A DNA stretch of 32,000 bases from Opitutales bacterium. GTDB taxonomy: Bacteria > Verrucomicrobiota > Verrucomicrobiia > Opitutales > UBA9783. The notes beneath the pieces were generated by a model. The model made no database searches. It saw only the letters and a list, made by a program, of their open reading frames with translations, and had not been told where the DNA came from. A program made the translations under genes and the position numbers. Below are positions 8,716-18,106 of this stretch, one piece after another. Location of the stretch: positions 60,001-92,000 of the forward strand of contig JAKSVZ010000001.1 in assembly GCA_024407725.1 (NCBI GenBank), in the 5' to 3' direction. Positions within the stretch are counted from its first letter, which is position 1; every line of letters begins with the position of its first letter.

Positions 8716-8936
8716 GTCGATTGCAAATTTTCCTGAGGATGCACAATCGACACATGACGTTCGGTTAGGGTTTTAATCGAAGGCATAATGGACATATCGG
8801 AATTCTGATCCAATGAACTTACCACTGAACCTTCCGCACGGGTAATCGTATGGCCATTAAAGGTACCTACTGCCCCATTATTATCGCTAATAGCAGCGGC
8901 GTTGGTTCCAATGTTTGTATTAATCCCTAACGACAT
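8682..8936 (-). CDS. Questionable 84-aa ORF downstream of sulP, overlapping the radC 3' end by 34 nt
   Basis: The ORF sits in an otherwise empty 275-bp convergent gap. N-terminus MSLGINTNIGTNAAAIS. No clear ribosome-binding site (RBS). Coding status unproven. Confidence 0.25.
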   Translation of the reverse strand: MSLGINTNIGTNAAAISDNNGAVGTFNGHTITRAEGSVVSSLDQNSDMSIMPSIKTLTERHVSIVHPQENLQSTYASNPDSRNE

Positions 8937-8990
8937 ACTTTGTATTATTATACGAACCTACCGCCTGACTATCAACTCATTAACCTTACG

Positions 8991-10631
8991 CTAAACGCTA
9001 CACGTTCGTACGTTTTTCGATAAGGTTAGCGCTTGCTCAATACTTCTGCCAAAGCGGCAATCCATACCGGCATCCATTAAACGCGCCTTGTTCATACGCG
9101 CTTCCACCAACTCATTCGCTTCGCAAAATACCACGTTGATCGTTTTCGATTCCGAAGCGCTAATAAAGGCACGCAAGGAATCCAACGCACTCACGTCTAT
9201 AAACGGAACGTGTTTTAAGCGAATAATCAACGTATGTACATCAGGATTTACCCCCGATAAAGCCGATTGAAAGGTTCCAATTGCACCAAAGAAAAAGGGG
9301 CCTTCAATTGAATAAATGCCTATGTTTTTAGGGACATTGCTGATGTGTTCAATCTGTAAAGACGCTGACGTAGCATGTTCAATTTGAATTGAATGAGCCA
9401 TACGCCTCATAAAAAACAAGGTAGCAAAAATAACCCCCACATTTACCGCTACGACTAAATCCACAAAAATCGTTAGGAAAAACGTGGTTAATAAGACAAA
9501 ACGATCGGAATACGGTGCGGTCGATAATACCCGATAAAAGCGCTTATAATCGCTCATGTTATAACTTACAACGAACAAAACTGACGATAAGGCTGTAATC
9601 GGAATAGCCGTTGCACAGGGTGCTAGCACTAAAATAAAGGATATCAACGTCACGCAATGGATTAAGCCAGCAATCGGCGCATTTCCTCCGGTTTTGATGT
9701 TGGTTGCAGTACGCGCAATCGCTCCTGTTGCCGCAAATCCTCCAAATAGGGGGGTAAATATATTAGCCAACCCCTGCCCTATCAGCTCATTATTCGAATG
9801 ATGATGCGTTCCAATCATGCTATCTGCAACAGATGCCGACAATAATGATTCGATTGCCCCCAAAAGCGCAATGGTAAACGCAGGCCCTATCAGCTCTAGA
9901 ATTAAAGGCAACGATGCATGCGGCAAATGAAACGACGGTAACGCTTGGGGAATACCGCCAAATACGCTTCCAATGGTAGCCACTGATTGGAATTTGCAGA
10001 TACTTTGGATAACCGTTGCTAACACCAAAGCCACTAAAAACCCAGGAATTGGCTTTAAGTACCGATTGGTTACAACAATTAAGATTAAGCTCCCCAAACC
10101 TAACAAGGTAGTAGCTACATTCAAAGTGGATGCTGCAGGGTATAAATCCAAAATTTTGGTTACAAAACTCGTTCCATGGGTGGTAACCGTTAACCCAAAG
10201 AAGTCTTTCAATTGACCCACGAAAATCGTTAATGCAATTCCCGAAGTAAATCCAATAATAACCGGTTCTGGGATATACTTAATCATTGTCCCTAATTTCA
10301 AAAATCCCATTAAAATCAGGAAAATACCCGCCAAAAACGTTGCCAATTGTAGCCCATCGAATCCGTATTGTTGCACAATGGAATGAAGGAGGATAACAAA
10401 CGCTCCTGTCGGCCCTGCAATTTGAACGCGGCTTCCCCCAAACAACGACACGAAAAATCCAGCAACAATTGCAGTATATAAGCCCTTTTCTGGAGCAACT
10501 CCACTGGCAATTGCAAAGGCCATTGCTAAAGGCAAAGCCACAACGCCAACCACAATGCCAGGCACCAGATTGGACAACCAACTTTGTTTCGAAAACAAAT
10601 GGTTTTTAATAGCCTCTTGATATGCGAACAT
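8991..10631 (-). CDS. SulP-family anion (sulfate/bicarbonate) permease with C-terminal STAS domain
   Basis: 546 aa. About 10-12 hydrophobic helices with typical SulP blocks (GGSRVQIAGPTGAF, GQGLANIFTPLFGGFAATGAIARTATN). Soluble C-terminal STAS-like domain (IYSIEGPFFFGA...LIIRLKHVPFIDVSALDSL). Confidence 0.9.
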   Translation of the reverse strand: MFAYQEAIKNHLFSKQSWLSNLVPGIVVGVVALPLAMAFAIASGVAPEKGLYTAIVAGFFVSLFGGSRVQIAGPTGAFVILLHSIVQQYGFDGLQLATFLAGIFLILMGFLKLGTMIKYIPEPVIIGFTSGIALTIFVGQLKDFFGLTVTTHGTSFVTKILDLYPAASTLNVATTLLGLGSLILIVVTNRYLKPIPGFLVALVLATVIQSICKFQSVATIGSVFGGIPQALPSFHLPHASLPLILELIGPAFTIALLGAIESLLSASVADSMIGTHHHSNNELIGQGLANIFTPLFGGFAATGAIARTATNIKTGGNAPIAGLIHCVTLISFILVLAPCATAIPITALSSVLFVVSYNMSDYKRFYRVLSTAPYSDRFVLLTTFFLTIFVDLVVAVNVGVIFATLFFMRRMAHSIQIEHATSASLQIEHISNVPKNIGIYSIEGPFFFGAIGTFQSALSGVNPDVHTLIIRLKHVPFIDVSALDSLRAFISASESKTINVVFCEANELVEARMNKARLMDAGMDCRFGRSIEQALTLSKNVRTCSV

Positions 10632-10694
10632 AGGCTTTCTAACCTATGCCAGAAATTGCCATTGTCAAGTAATCATTAACGCAACGCGCAAAAG

Positions 10695-12500
10695 CTATTT
10701 GGGAAACAAATAACGCAAAAATTCCGTTGCAATCGGGCTAGATTCTATCCCGCCATAAAACACCCCCGGTTGTTCCTGCTCGACTTGTATACAAAAGGCA
10801 ATTTTTGGGTTATCAACGGGAGCAAACCCTATAAGCCATCCAATATGCCAGTATTCCGCATGCCCCTTGATTTTAATCTGCGCTGTACCACTTTTGACGG
10901 CTAAATTATCAAATGACGGCAGGTAAAATTTAGCCGCTTGCACCATACCCGTTTTAATCACCTCCCATTTAGCATTCGGCAACGCTTTTTGAGCTTTATA
11001 CGGGGTTGGTTTCACTAAATGGGGTCTAAAGTACGTACGATTCCGTGACAATGCAGCTGCGAAACGAACCATTTGCATAGGAGTCACTAACCAATACCCT
11101 TGCCCAATCGACATATTGGCGGTATCTCCGGGAGTCCAACGCTCGCCAAAACGTTCCTCTTTCCATTTCGGAGAAGGAATGTTAAACGTACGCACTTCAT
11201 AGGGTAAATCAATCCCAGTAGGTTCATTAAAATGGTACCGAATTGCTTCATCATGCAAGGCATCAGGTCCAACTTGTACCCCATAATGATAGAAGAACAC
11301 ATTACAACTTTTCCCCATCGCTTGAATAGTATTAACTGCTCCATGTCCATCACGGTTATAACAATGGAATGCACGATTTCCCACCATTTCCAATCCCGTA
11401 CACACATAACTACTGTCTGCATTGACAACCCCAGCACGTAACATAGCTGATAACGCAATCGGTTTAAAACTCGAACCCATAGGATACAAACCTTGCGTTG
11501 CGCGGTTTAACCATGCCCCCTGTTGCTCAATCTCTTTATAAACACGAGCGGGTAAAATAGGAACCAAATCATTCAAATTAAACCCTGGGTGGCTCAACAT
11601 AGCCAATACCCCACCCGTAGCGATATCCACAATTACGACTGAACCTTTTCGGCTCCCCATAGCCTTTTCGCATACCTTCTGCAATTCTATATCCAACGAT
11701 AGCTTAACCGCTTCACCTGCGGTACTTGGACTCGACCACACACAACTCTGTTTCTGACCCCCCGGAGTTACGCGCCAAATTTCAACACCATCACTCCCAT
11801 TCAAGGTATCATCGTACATCGATTCAATCCCCGTACGCCCTTGCTCGCGCTTATAAACGAACGTCCGCAATGACTTACCTTGTTCTATTTCTTCATCAAC
11901 CTCCTCAACCTTGCCCACATAACCGATTACGTGGCAGGCCGCTGAACCGTAGGGATAAGTACGCACCCATTCAATCCCAACTTGAAATGGATCCGCCCCC
12001 GATAACCCATTCAATAAGCGCGCATAAACCTCTTTGCTTAACCCCTGCGATAATTTCAACGGAAGCAAAATATTCTGCTGGTAATGCTGGAGCAATTGCC
12101 GAGAGGTAATCTCAAATGGAATAGGCCCTAACTGCCGTGCATACCTCAAAAGCGCATCATGGAGCAATGACCACAGTTGTTCTTGTTGTTCGGATCGATC
12201 GTGGTTTTTCTTACAAAATGGCTCAAAATACCTACGGAAATAGTCTAAACGCACATACAAGCAATAAATGGGCTTTTGGATCGCCAATGGTCTCCCCTTA
12301 CAGTCCAAAATACTTCCCCGTTGCCCCGGATAAATGATGCGCCGCAAGCATTGCTGATCGTTCAATTGCTTATAATAATCACCCTGCACATGCTGGCGGT
12401 AAAACACAACACCAGCCAACAGCATAAATAAAACAACAATCAATCCTTGCAAAAAGCGGATACGATTAAAATTTATTCGAGAATCACCTAAGCGAATCAT
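10695..12500 (-). CDS. mrdA: Penicillin-binding protein 2 (class B transpeptidase)
   Basis: 601 aa with an N-terminal membrane anchor and RGSILDCKGRPLA. Catalytic triad motifs: SxxK (GSSFKP), SxN (KSCNVFF) and KSG (VKSGTAQ). Confidence 0.9.
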   Translation of the reverse strand: MIRLGDSRINFNRIRFLQGLIVVLFMLLAGVVFYRQHVQGDYYKQLNDQQCLRRIIYPGQRGSILDCKGRPLAIQKPIYCLYVRLDYFRRYFEPFCKKNHDRSEQQEQLWSLLHDALLRYARQLGPIPFEITSRQLLQHYQQNILLPLKLSQGLSKEVYARLLNGLSGADPFQVGIEWVRTYPYGSAACHVIGYVGKVEEVDEEIEQGKSLRTFVYKREQGRTGIESMYDDTLNGSDGVEIWRVTPGGQKQSCVWSSPSTAGEAVKLSLDIELQKVCEKAMGSRKGSVVIVDIATGGVLAMLSHPGFNLNDLVPILPARVYKEIEQQGAWLNRATQGLYPMGSSFKPIALSAMLRAGVVNADSSYVCTGLEMVGNRAFHCYNRDGHGAVNTIQAMGKSCNVFFYHYGVQVGPDALHDEAIRYHFNEPTGIDLPYEVRTFNIPSPKWKEERFGERWTPGDTANMSIGQGYWLVTPMQMVRFAAALSRNRTYFRPHLVKPTPYKAQKALPNAKWEVIKTGMVQAAKFYLPSFDNLAVKSGTAQIKIKGHAEYWHIGWLIGFAPVDNPKIAFCIQVEQEQPGVFYGGIESSPIATEFLRYLFPK

Positions 12501-12508
12501 AAAAAATC

Positions 12509-12537
12509 TTGACGCATCAAAATAATAATGATATCAT
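12509..12537 (+). promoter_or_regulatory. Sigma-70/66-like promoter candidate for the 12584 gene
   Basis: TTGACG (12509-12514), 17-nt spacer, TATCAT (12532-12537), about 46 nt upstream of the ATG. Confidence 0.35.
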
Positions 12538-12583
12538 GCGCTGTCATTTGCGACACATTTAACGAATAACATACATAATCATT

Positions 12584-13678
12584 ATGACTTATAACTTATA
12601 TACTATCCCTCAATGTACATCAACTAATGAAACTTTTTTCAACTGCTCAAAACCCCTTACCTCAGATAGGAAGGAAAAGCTAAACGAGCTAGGTTATACA
12701 GAGGAATTTCGGGTTGTTAATTTCAACACCCTCATGGATGCATTACGCCCCAACACAATAAAAGAACCACTAGATAATGCATGTTGGAACCTAGTCAGAA
12801 GCGAATTAGCCGATCGTGTTACGATAGAAACCGGCGTTGTGGATCATTTAGGTAATGTAACCATTAACCAACGTAATCCTCAGCTTATTCGCTATTACCG
12901 AAGCTTATTCAAAGCCCATTTACTATCATCCCAATTAAGCCAAGCACAAGCGGATATCTTATGCGCGCTATATAACGTTCGGGATTGGGATAATATAAAA
13001 ATGGTAATTTTCGATGGTCCAGTTTCCATAGGATATTGCTACGTCGATGAACAACAGAACATTATTATTCATATCAGCAGCCATTTAATTGGAGAACGAT
13101 CAACCTATCTGCCCGGCGGTTTAATGTTCCACGAATTAGGCCATGCTTTGCACTCCGCATCGAATACCCTTGCGTTGCCGCAATTAGCGACCTACACCAG
13201 CAACTTTATAAAAGATATCTATTTACTAAAACAAAACGTAACTTTAGCTAATAACGAATTGTGTAAGGACTCCAACACCTATCAAATATACAGTGAATGG
13301 TTCTCAATTGAAGAATGCTGGAATCAATTAGGTTTTGCGGAAATTAACGGAATTGTTTACGTTAATGAATTATCCGATTACGCCAATCAGATTTTCTCTG
13401 CAAATCCCTTTACCTATCATGGACCAATGGGGCAAAATCGCTTCTTAACTAAAGAAGAACAAAAGGCAATGTTGCAAAATCTAAGCGCGCGAAAAGCACT
13501 TGTTTACCCCGAAAATGCCATTAAAGCCGTTCGCCATGCCCTCGGATTAAACGGCGAAATCGATTGGGCAGCCCAAACCACTGCACGTAGCACTTTCTTG
13601 TACGACTTAGAAAAAAGATTACAAGCAGAACAACGTGCTGATTTAATTTATGATGCTTATCAAAAATTAAATATGTAA
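12584..13678 (+). CDS. Putative HExxH zinc metalloprotease-like protein (364 aa), shortest member of a three-paralogue family; possible secreted effector
   Basis: HELGHALH at 13130-13153 (HExxHxxH). It shares post-motif blocks with the 16512 and 18107 genes (W..EE.WNQLGF; VNELSDY). No signal peptide. Confidence 0.8.
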   Translation: MTYNLYTIPQCTSTNETFFNCSKPLTSDRKEKLNELGYTEEFRVVNFNTLMDALRPNTIKEPLDNACWNLVRSELADRVTIETGVVDHLGNVTINQRNPQLIRYYRSLFKAHLLSSQLSQAQADILCALYNVRDWDNIKMVIFDGPVSIGYCYVDEQQNIIIHISSHLIGERSTYLPGGLMFHELGHALHSASNTLALPQLATYTSNFIKDIYLLKQNVTLANNELCKDSNTYQIYSEWFSIEECWNQLGFAEINGIVYVNELSDYANQIFSANPFTYHGPMGQNRFLTKEEQKAMLQNLSARKALVYPENAIKAVRHALGLNGEIDWAAQTTARSTFLYDLEKRLQAEQRADLIYDAYQKLNM

Positions 13679-13695
13679 GCATTGTTCTCAAAAAA

Positions 13696-13724
13696 TTGAC
13701 ATATTCCATATTTCGCTTCACAAT
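13696..13724 (+). promoter_or_regulatory. Sigma-70/66-like promoter candidate for ppdK
   Basis: TTGACA (13696-13701), 17-nt spacer, CACAAT (13719-13724), then 12 nt before ATG 13737. The -10 is weak. Confidence 0.3.
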
Positions 13725-13736
13725 TTGAAAGCGAAT

Positions 13737-16430
13737 ATGGATGAAAAAATAATTTACGAATTTGGTAAGAAAACAGACGGAAATGCTTCCATGCGCGCCC
13801 TTTTAGGCGGCAAAGGAGCCAACCTTGCAGAAATGGCTCAATTAGGGCTACCGGTTCCGCCAGGTTTTACCATTACCACCGCTATGTGCACTGATTATCA
13901 GGTGCGCAAAGCAATTCATCCCGAACTTAAAGTAGCCATTAAAACAGCCATTGCGCATGTAGAAGCTCAAATTGGCAAAAAGTTTGGGGATGTTAATAAC
14001 CCATTGTTATTTTCGGTACGTTCTGGTGCGCGTGAATCCATGCCGGGAATGATGGATACTATTTTAAATTTAGGACTCAATGATCAAACAGTAGAAGGAT
14101 TTGCCAAAACAACTGGAGATCCGCGCTTTGCCTACGATTGTTATCGCCGTTTCATTCAAATGTATGGAGACGTAGTGCTCGGAGTAGGCGCCGATAGCGA
14201 TGAAGAAAACGATCCATTCGATGCTATTTTGACTGAAGCGAAGCAAAAAAAGCATGTCCAATTCGATACGGAATTAGACGCAGAAGATTTAAAGCAGGTA
14301 ATCGTTGAATTCAAAGCGCTCATTCAAAAGAAGAACCGCGGTATATTCCCACAGGACGTATTTCAACAGTTAGAAGGCGCAATTGGAGCCGTATTTGGTT
14401 CATGGAATAACGAACGCGCCATCTTGTACCGTCAAAAGTACAACATTCCGTCCGATTGGGGGACAGCCGTAAACGTTCAAACAATGGTATTTGGTAATGC
14501 CAGCAATACCAGCGCAACCGGTGTTGCATTTACCCGTAACCCTGCCAATGGAACCAATGAATTTTATGGTGAATACCTGATTAATGCCCAAGGTGAAGAT
14601 GTGGTTGCCGGTATCCGTACCCCCCACCCCATCGCGCAATTAGAGCAAGAAATGCCAGAGGCACATAAGTCCTTGCTCGAAATCCGTCGCAAGCTGGAAA
14701 CGCATTTTACCGACATGCAGGATTTCGAATTTACGGTCGAAAATGGTCGGTTATTCATGCTTCAAACCCGCAATGGAAAACGGACAGGATTAGCCGCGAT
14801 TCGTATTGCATTAGACATGGTCAAAGAAAAGTTGATTGACCAAAAAACTGCTCTGTTGCGTATACCCGCTGAATCCATTGCATCTCTGCTCGTTCCTGTT
14901 TTTGATCCCGTCAGCGAATCCAAAGCAAAATGCATTGCAAAAGGATTGCCTGCAGGCCCCGGAGCTGCTTGCGGTAAGGTTGTATTTACAGCAGACCGCG
15001 CGGAAGAAATGGCAAAAGCTGGCTATAAAATAGTCCTATGCCGCGCCGAAACCTCACCTGAAGATTTACGTGGAATGTTGGTTTCCGAAGGTATTTTGAC
15101 AAGCCGTGGAGGAGTAAGCTCACACGCAGCCTTGGTTGCCCGTCAAATGGGTAAAGTATGCGTTTGTGGCGCTGGAGACCTCACCATTGATTATCAAAAG
15201 AAAACCATCACACGCGATTCCGTTCAATTAAAGGAAGGCGATTTCATTTCCATCAACGGAAGCACCGGAGAGGTATTTGAAGGCGAAATTCAAACCATGC
15301 CATCCGAAGTTATGCAGGTGCTCAACGGCACATTAGCGGCTGATAAAAGCGAAACCTACCGCATGTTCAATCAAATCATGGAGTGGAGCGATTCCAACCG
15401 TCAATTAAGCATTCGTGCGAATGCCGACACCCCGCAACAAGCTGCTGTAGCATTCATGTTCGGGGCTGAAGGAATCGGTCTATGCCGTACGGAACACATG
15501 TTCTTCAACGGAAACCGCATTGATAGCATGCGCGAAATGATTTTGGCAGATAACGAAGAGCAACGGCGCAAAGCGTTAGATAAGCTATTACCCTTACAGC
15601 GCGAGGATTTCGTTGGAATCTTCAAGGCTATGAAAGGTCACCCCGTTATTATCCGCCTTTTAGATCCGCCTTTGCATGAATTCTTGCCGCACGACGAACC
15701 CACCATTGCTGCTTTATCGAAAGCCATTGGGTTATCAGTCGACGAAATCAAACGTCGTTCCAACGCGCTTGCAGAACAAAACCCCATGTTGGGTCACCGC
15801 GGATGCCGCTTGGGAATTGCTTACCCAGAAATCACTGAGATGCAAGCAACCGCCATATTCGAAGCTGCAGCGGAAGTGATGAAATCGAGCATTACGGTTC
15901 AATTGGAAATCATGATTCCTTTGGTAGGATTTGTACGCGAATTGAAGAATCAAATCGAAATCATCCGTGCTATTGGCAATAAAGTATGCTCCAAGAACCT
16001 CATTAACATTCCGTATCGCATCGGAAGCATGATTGAAAACCCACGCGCAACGGTTCGTGCTCACGAAATTGCAAAAGAAGCAGAGTTCTTTAGTTTCGGA
16101 ACGAACGACCTAACGCAATTAACGTTGGGAATTAGCCGTGATGATATGGGTAAATTCTATCGAGCCTATACCCAACACGAAATCTTCACCGTCAATCCGT
16201 TTACAACTATTGATATCGCTGGAGTTGGTGAGTTGGTCAAATTAGCAGTAGAACGTGCACGCAAAGTTAAACCAACACTAGAAATTGGGGTTTGCGGAGA
16301 ACACGGAGGCGATCCTAAATCGGTGGAATTCTTCCACGAAGCTGGATTGGATTATGTCAGCTGTTCCCCCAATCGTATCCCAATTGTACGCTTAGCAACC
16401 GCCCAAGCTGCATTAAAGCATCATCGTTAA
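13737..16430 (+). CDS. ppdK: Pyruvate, phosphate dikinase
   Basis: [27 protein letters not shown]. Phosphohistidine region [22 protein letters not shown]-utilising C-terminal domain [10 protein letters not shown]...[10 protein letters not shown]...[13 protein letters not shown] 13737 preferred over the track's TTG at 13725. Confidence 0.95.
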   Translation: MDEKIIYEFGKKTDGNASMRALLGGKGANLAEMAQLGLPVPPGFTITTAMCTDYQVRKAIHPELKVAIKTAIAHVEAQIGKKFGDVNNPLLFSVRSGARESMPGMMDTILNLGLNDQTVEGFAKTTGDPRFAYDCYRRFIQMYGDVVLGVGADSDEENDPFDAILTEAKQKKHVQFDTELDAEDLKQVIVEFKALIQKKNRGIFPQDVFQQLEGAIGAVFGSWNNERAILYRQKYNIPSDWGTAVNVQTMVFGNASNTSATGVAFTRNPANGTNEFYGEYLINAQGEDVVAGIRTPHPIAQLEQEMPEAHKSLLEIRRKLETHFTDMQDFEFTVENGRLFMLQTRNGKRTGLAAIRIALDMVKEKLIDQKTALLRIPAESIASLLVPVFDPVSESKAKCIAKGLPAGPGAACGKVVFTADRAEEMAKAGYKIVLCRAETSPEDLRGMLVSEGILTSRGGVSSHAALVARQMGKVCVCGAGDLTIDYQKKTITRDSVQLKEGDFISINGSTGEVFEGEIQTMPSEVMQVLNGTLAADKSETYRMFNQIMEWSDSNRQLSIRANADTPQQAAVAFMFGAEGIGLCRTEHMFFNGNRIDSMREMILADNEEQRRKALDKLLPLQREDFVGIFKAMKGHPVIIRLLDPPLHEFLPHDEPTIAALSKAIGLSVDEIKRRSNALAEQNPMLGHRGCRLGIAYPEITEMQATAIFEAAAEVMKSSITVQLEIMIPLVGFVRELKNQIEIIRAIGNKVCSKNLINIPYRIGSMIENPRATVRAHEIAKEAEFFSFGTNDLTQLTLGISRDDMGKFYRAYTQHEIFTVNPFTTIDIAGVGELVKLAVERARKVKPTLEIGVCGEHGGDPKSVEFFHEAGLDYVSCSPNRIPIVRLATAQAALKHHR

Positions 16431-16445
16431 GTTTGATCGTATAGG

Positions 16446-16485
16446 TGAGCTGATTTTCTAACTTAAAACCTTAAAAATCAGCTCA
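16446..16485. terminator. 12-bp stem-loop in the convergent gap between ppdK and the 16512 gene (possible bidirectional terminator)
   Basis: TGAGCTGATTTT (16446-16457) pairs perfectly with AAAATCAGCTCA (16474-16485) across a 16-nt loop. The A/T runs lie inside the stem rather than after it. Confidence 0.4.
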
Positions 16486-16511
16486 TCCCATGCGATTGAC
16501 TGAGGGCATTA

Positions 16512-17903
16512 CTAGGATGCTAATTGACCCTCATAATCCTGTCTAGGGTAAACAATATCCAATTCGGATATATCTACAAACACCTTATCATGAAGTTTAA
16601 ATAACAACTCAAGGTCTTGATCGTTCGGTAGAGGGAATGATGTGTTTTCAAAAAGACCTTGATAAATCTCTGGACGTGGATGACCCCATCGTGGTTTTTT
16701 TAGTACCTGTATATCGGACAAATCATTTACAAACAGGTGATATTGATCGCCCTGTTTTTGCGGTAAAATCCCTATAATATTATCCACTTCATAAAACGAA
16801 CCCCATTGAGCCTGCAATTGCTCCCATAAAAAGTCTTCTTTGGAGCAAGTCACGGTTTTGGTGTCTTTGAAAAGCCCCATGTCTTTAATACAGGTGTACG
16901 TATTATCCTTATCTTTTGCATTGAGGGAAAATAAACTCCGTGTAAAAGGAATTTCGTAGGCAATACTCGTTAATGTTTTTTGATATTTCACCATATCATC
17001 ACGCATATAGCGCTTAATCACTCCTAAATAATAATCACAAGCATGTCCTAATTCATGCCATAAGGTACATGGTGAGATATAGGGAAATTTTTTATAGCAT
17101 TCCTTACCCTTATCATCAACACCGCGTCTCCATTCACTCTTTACCTCGATATCAATTATATTTTCTTCGCTTATAAATTGGGCGCATTTTGTATCACAAA
17201 AACAAAGTGATAGATCGGCAGGTACTAAACCATCCAAGCATAAAAGCAAAATCATTCTTTGCTTACCACGTTCGTTCTGCACCAATTCATCAATAGCATG
17301 TGTTAATGCCTCAACATCACCTGTGGGTTCATTGGGCAATCGATAATAAACATCATCCAAAACATTCCCCATGTGAAGCTTTTGCACAAAAGAAACTTTT
17401 TTGAGCCATTCCCCTAATACTTGCATAAATAAATCAGCATTTTCATTATAAGCCTTAGCTTTATCCGCTAAGGTTTTATAATAAGCTTCATTAATAACTA
17501 TTTGGTTAAAAAAACTGACGATAGAATCGAATGTAATCAAGTGTAATACGGTATTCGTAAAGGACACCTTTTCCTTCTCATCAAGTGCTACAGCGAAATC
17601 TTTAGAAATCCGAGATAATGCCTTAAACTCATCGTTTGTTTTAAGTTTATTCTCTTCCCCATCGACGTAGGATCCATATTCTTGTTCGCGATGTCCAGAA
17701 ATACAAAGTTTTTGCATTATATCCTTCTCATCCTCATAATTCCTCAACGTAATAGCCTCAATTCTACCGGTTTTATAATCAAACGAAGTACCTGCATACC
17801 TGCGTTCGGACTCATTAGGTTCGGTTCTTCGAACATAGTACTGCTTGGGTTCATAAACCTTGTTTAAGGCTTCTAATAATTCTTGTTCATTTTTAAAAAA
17901 CAT
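16512..17903 (-). CDS. Putative HExxH zinc metalloprotease-like protein (463 aa), paralogue family member; possible secreted effector
   Basis: WHELGHACD encoded at 17060-17034 (HELGH = 17057-17043). Clear paralogy to the adjacent 18107 gene along the whole length: EQELLEAL/EQELINII, TFDSIVSFF/TFDSILSML, RMILLLCLD/RVILILTLD, IPFTRSL/IPFTRKL, WGHPRPE/WGHPERF. Confidence 0.85.
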   Translation of the reverse strand: MFFKNEQELLEALNKVYEPKQYYVRRTEPNESERRYAGTSFDYKTGRIEAITLRNYEDEKDIMQKLCISGHREQEYGSYVDGEENKLKTNDEFKALSRISKDFAVALDEKEKVSFTNTVLHLITFDSIVSFFNQIVINEAYYKTLADKAKAYNENADLFMQVLGEWLKKVSFVQKLHMGNVLDDVYYRLPNEPTGDVEALTHAIDELVQNERGKQRMILLLCLDGLVPADLSLCFCDTKCAQFISEENIIDIEVKSEWRRGVDDKGKECYKKFPYISPCTLWHELGHACDYYLGVIKRYMRDDMVKYQKTLTSIAYEIPFTRSLFSLNAKDKDNTYTCIKDMGLFKDTKTVTCSKEDFLWEQLQAQWGSFYEVDNIIGILPQKQGDQYHLFVNDLSDIQVLKKPRWGHPRPEIYQGLFENTSFPLPNDQDLELLFKLHDKVFVDISELDIVYPRQDYEGQLAS

Positions 17904-17950
17904 AATGTTAGTTTTATCCTTTTATTTGATGGTTAATATTTGTGATTGAT

Positions 17951-17974
17951 GGGGGAAAACATTCCCCCTTTTTT
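17951..17974 (+). terminator. Canonical intrinsic-terminator structure oriented on the plus strand, between two minus-strand genes
   Basis: GGGGGAA-aaca-TTCCCCC (17951-17968) followed directly by TTTTTT (17969-17974). Confidence 0.5.
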
Positions 17975-18020
17975 AATGCTCACGCTTGTGTTTGAACGAT
18001 TAAAACACTCGCGTGCGTAA

Positions 18021-18048
18021 ATCTTAAAACCCGCTCTTATCAAGAGCG
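18021..18048 (-). terminator. Intrinsic terminator candidate for the 18107 gene
   Basis: Minus strand reads CGCTCTT-GAT-AAGAGCG followed by GGTTTTAAGATTT, about 60 nt after the stop codon. Confidence 0.45.
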
Positions 18049-18106
18049 TAAGTCTGAGTAAAACGCATGATTAAATGGCTGCGTTGTACCCAAATTCCCC
18101 CATGGC

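Noticed and set aside
8716-8751. Inverted repeat GTCGATTG...CAATCGAC after radC as a terminator
   Set aside because: The stem is 8 bp with a 20-nt loop and no U-tract, and it lies inside the questionable 84-aa ORF. The evidence is insufficient either way.
14190-14197. GCCGATAG matches to the sigma-28 -10 consensus (GCCGATAA) at 14190-14197 (+), 20175-20182 (+) and 3222-3215 (-)
   Set aside because: All are inside coding regions and lack a TAAAG-type -35 at 11-12 nt. I did not find a convincing sigma-28 promoter in any intergenic region. This was an eye scan, not exhaustive.
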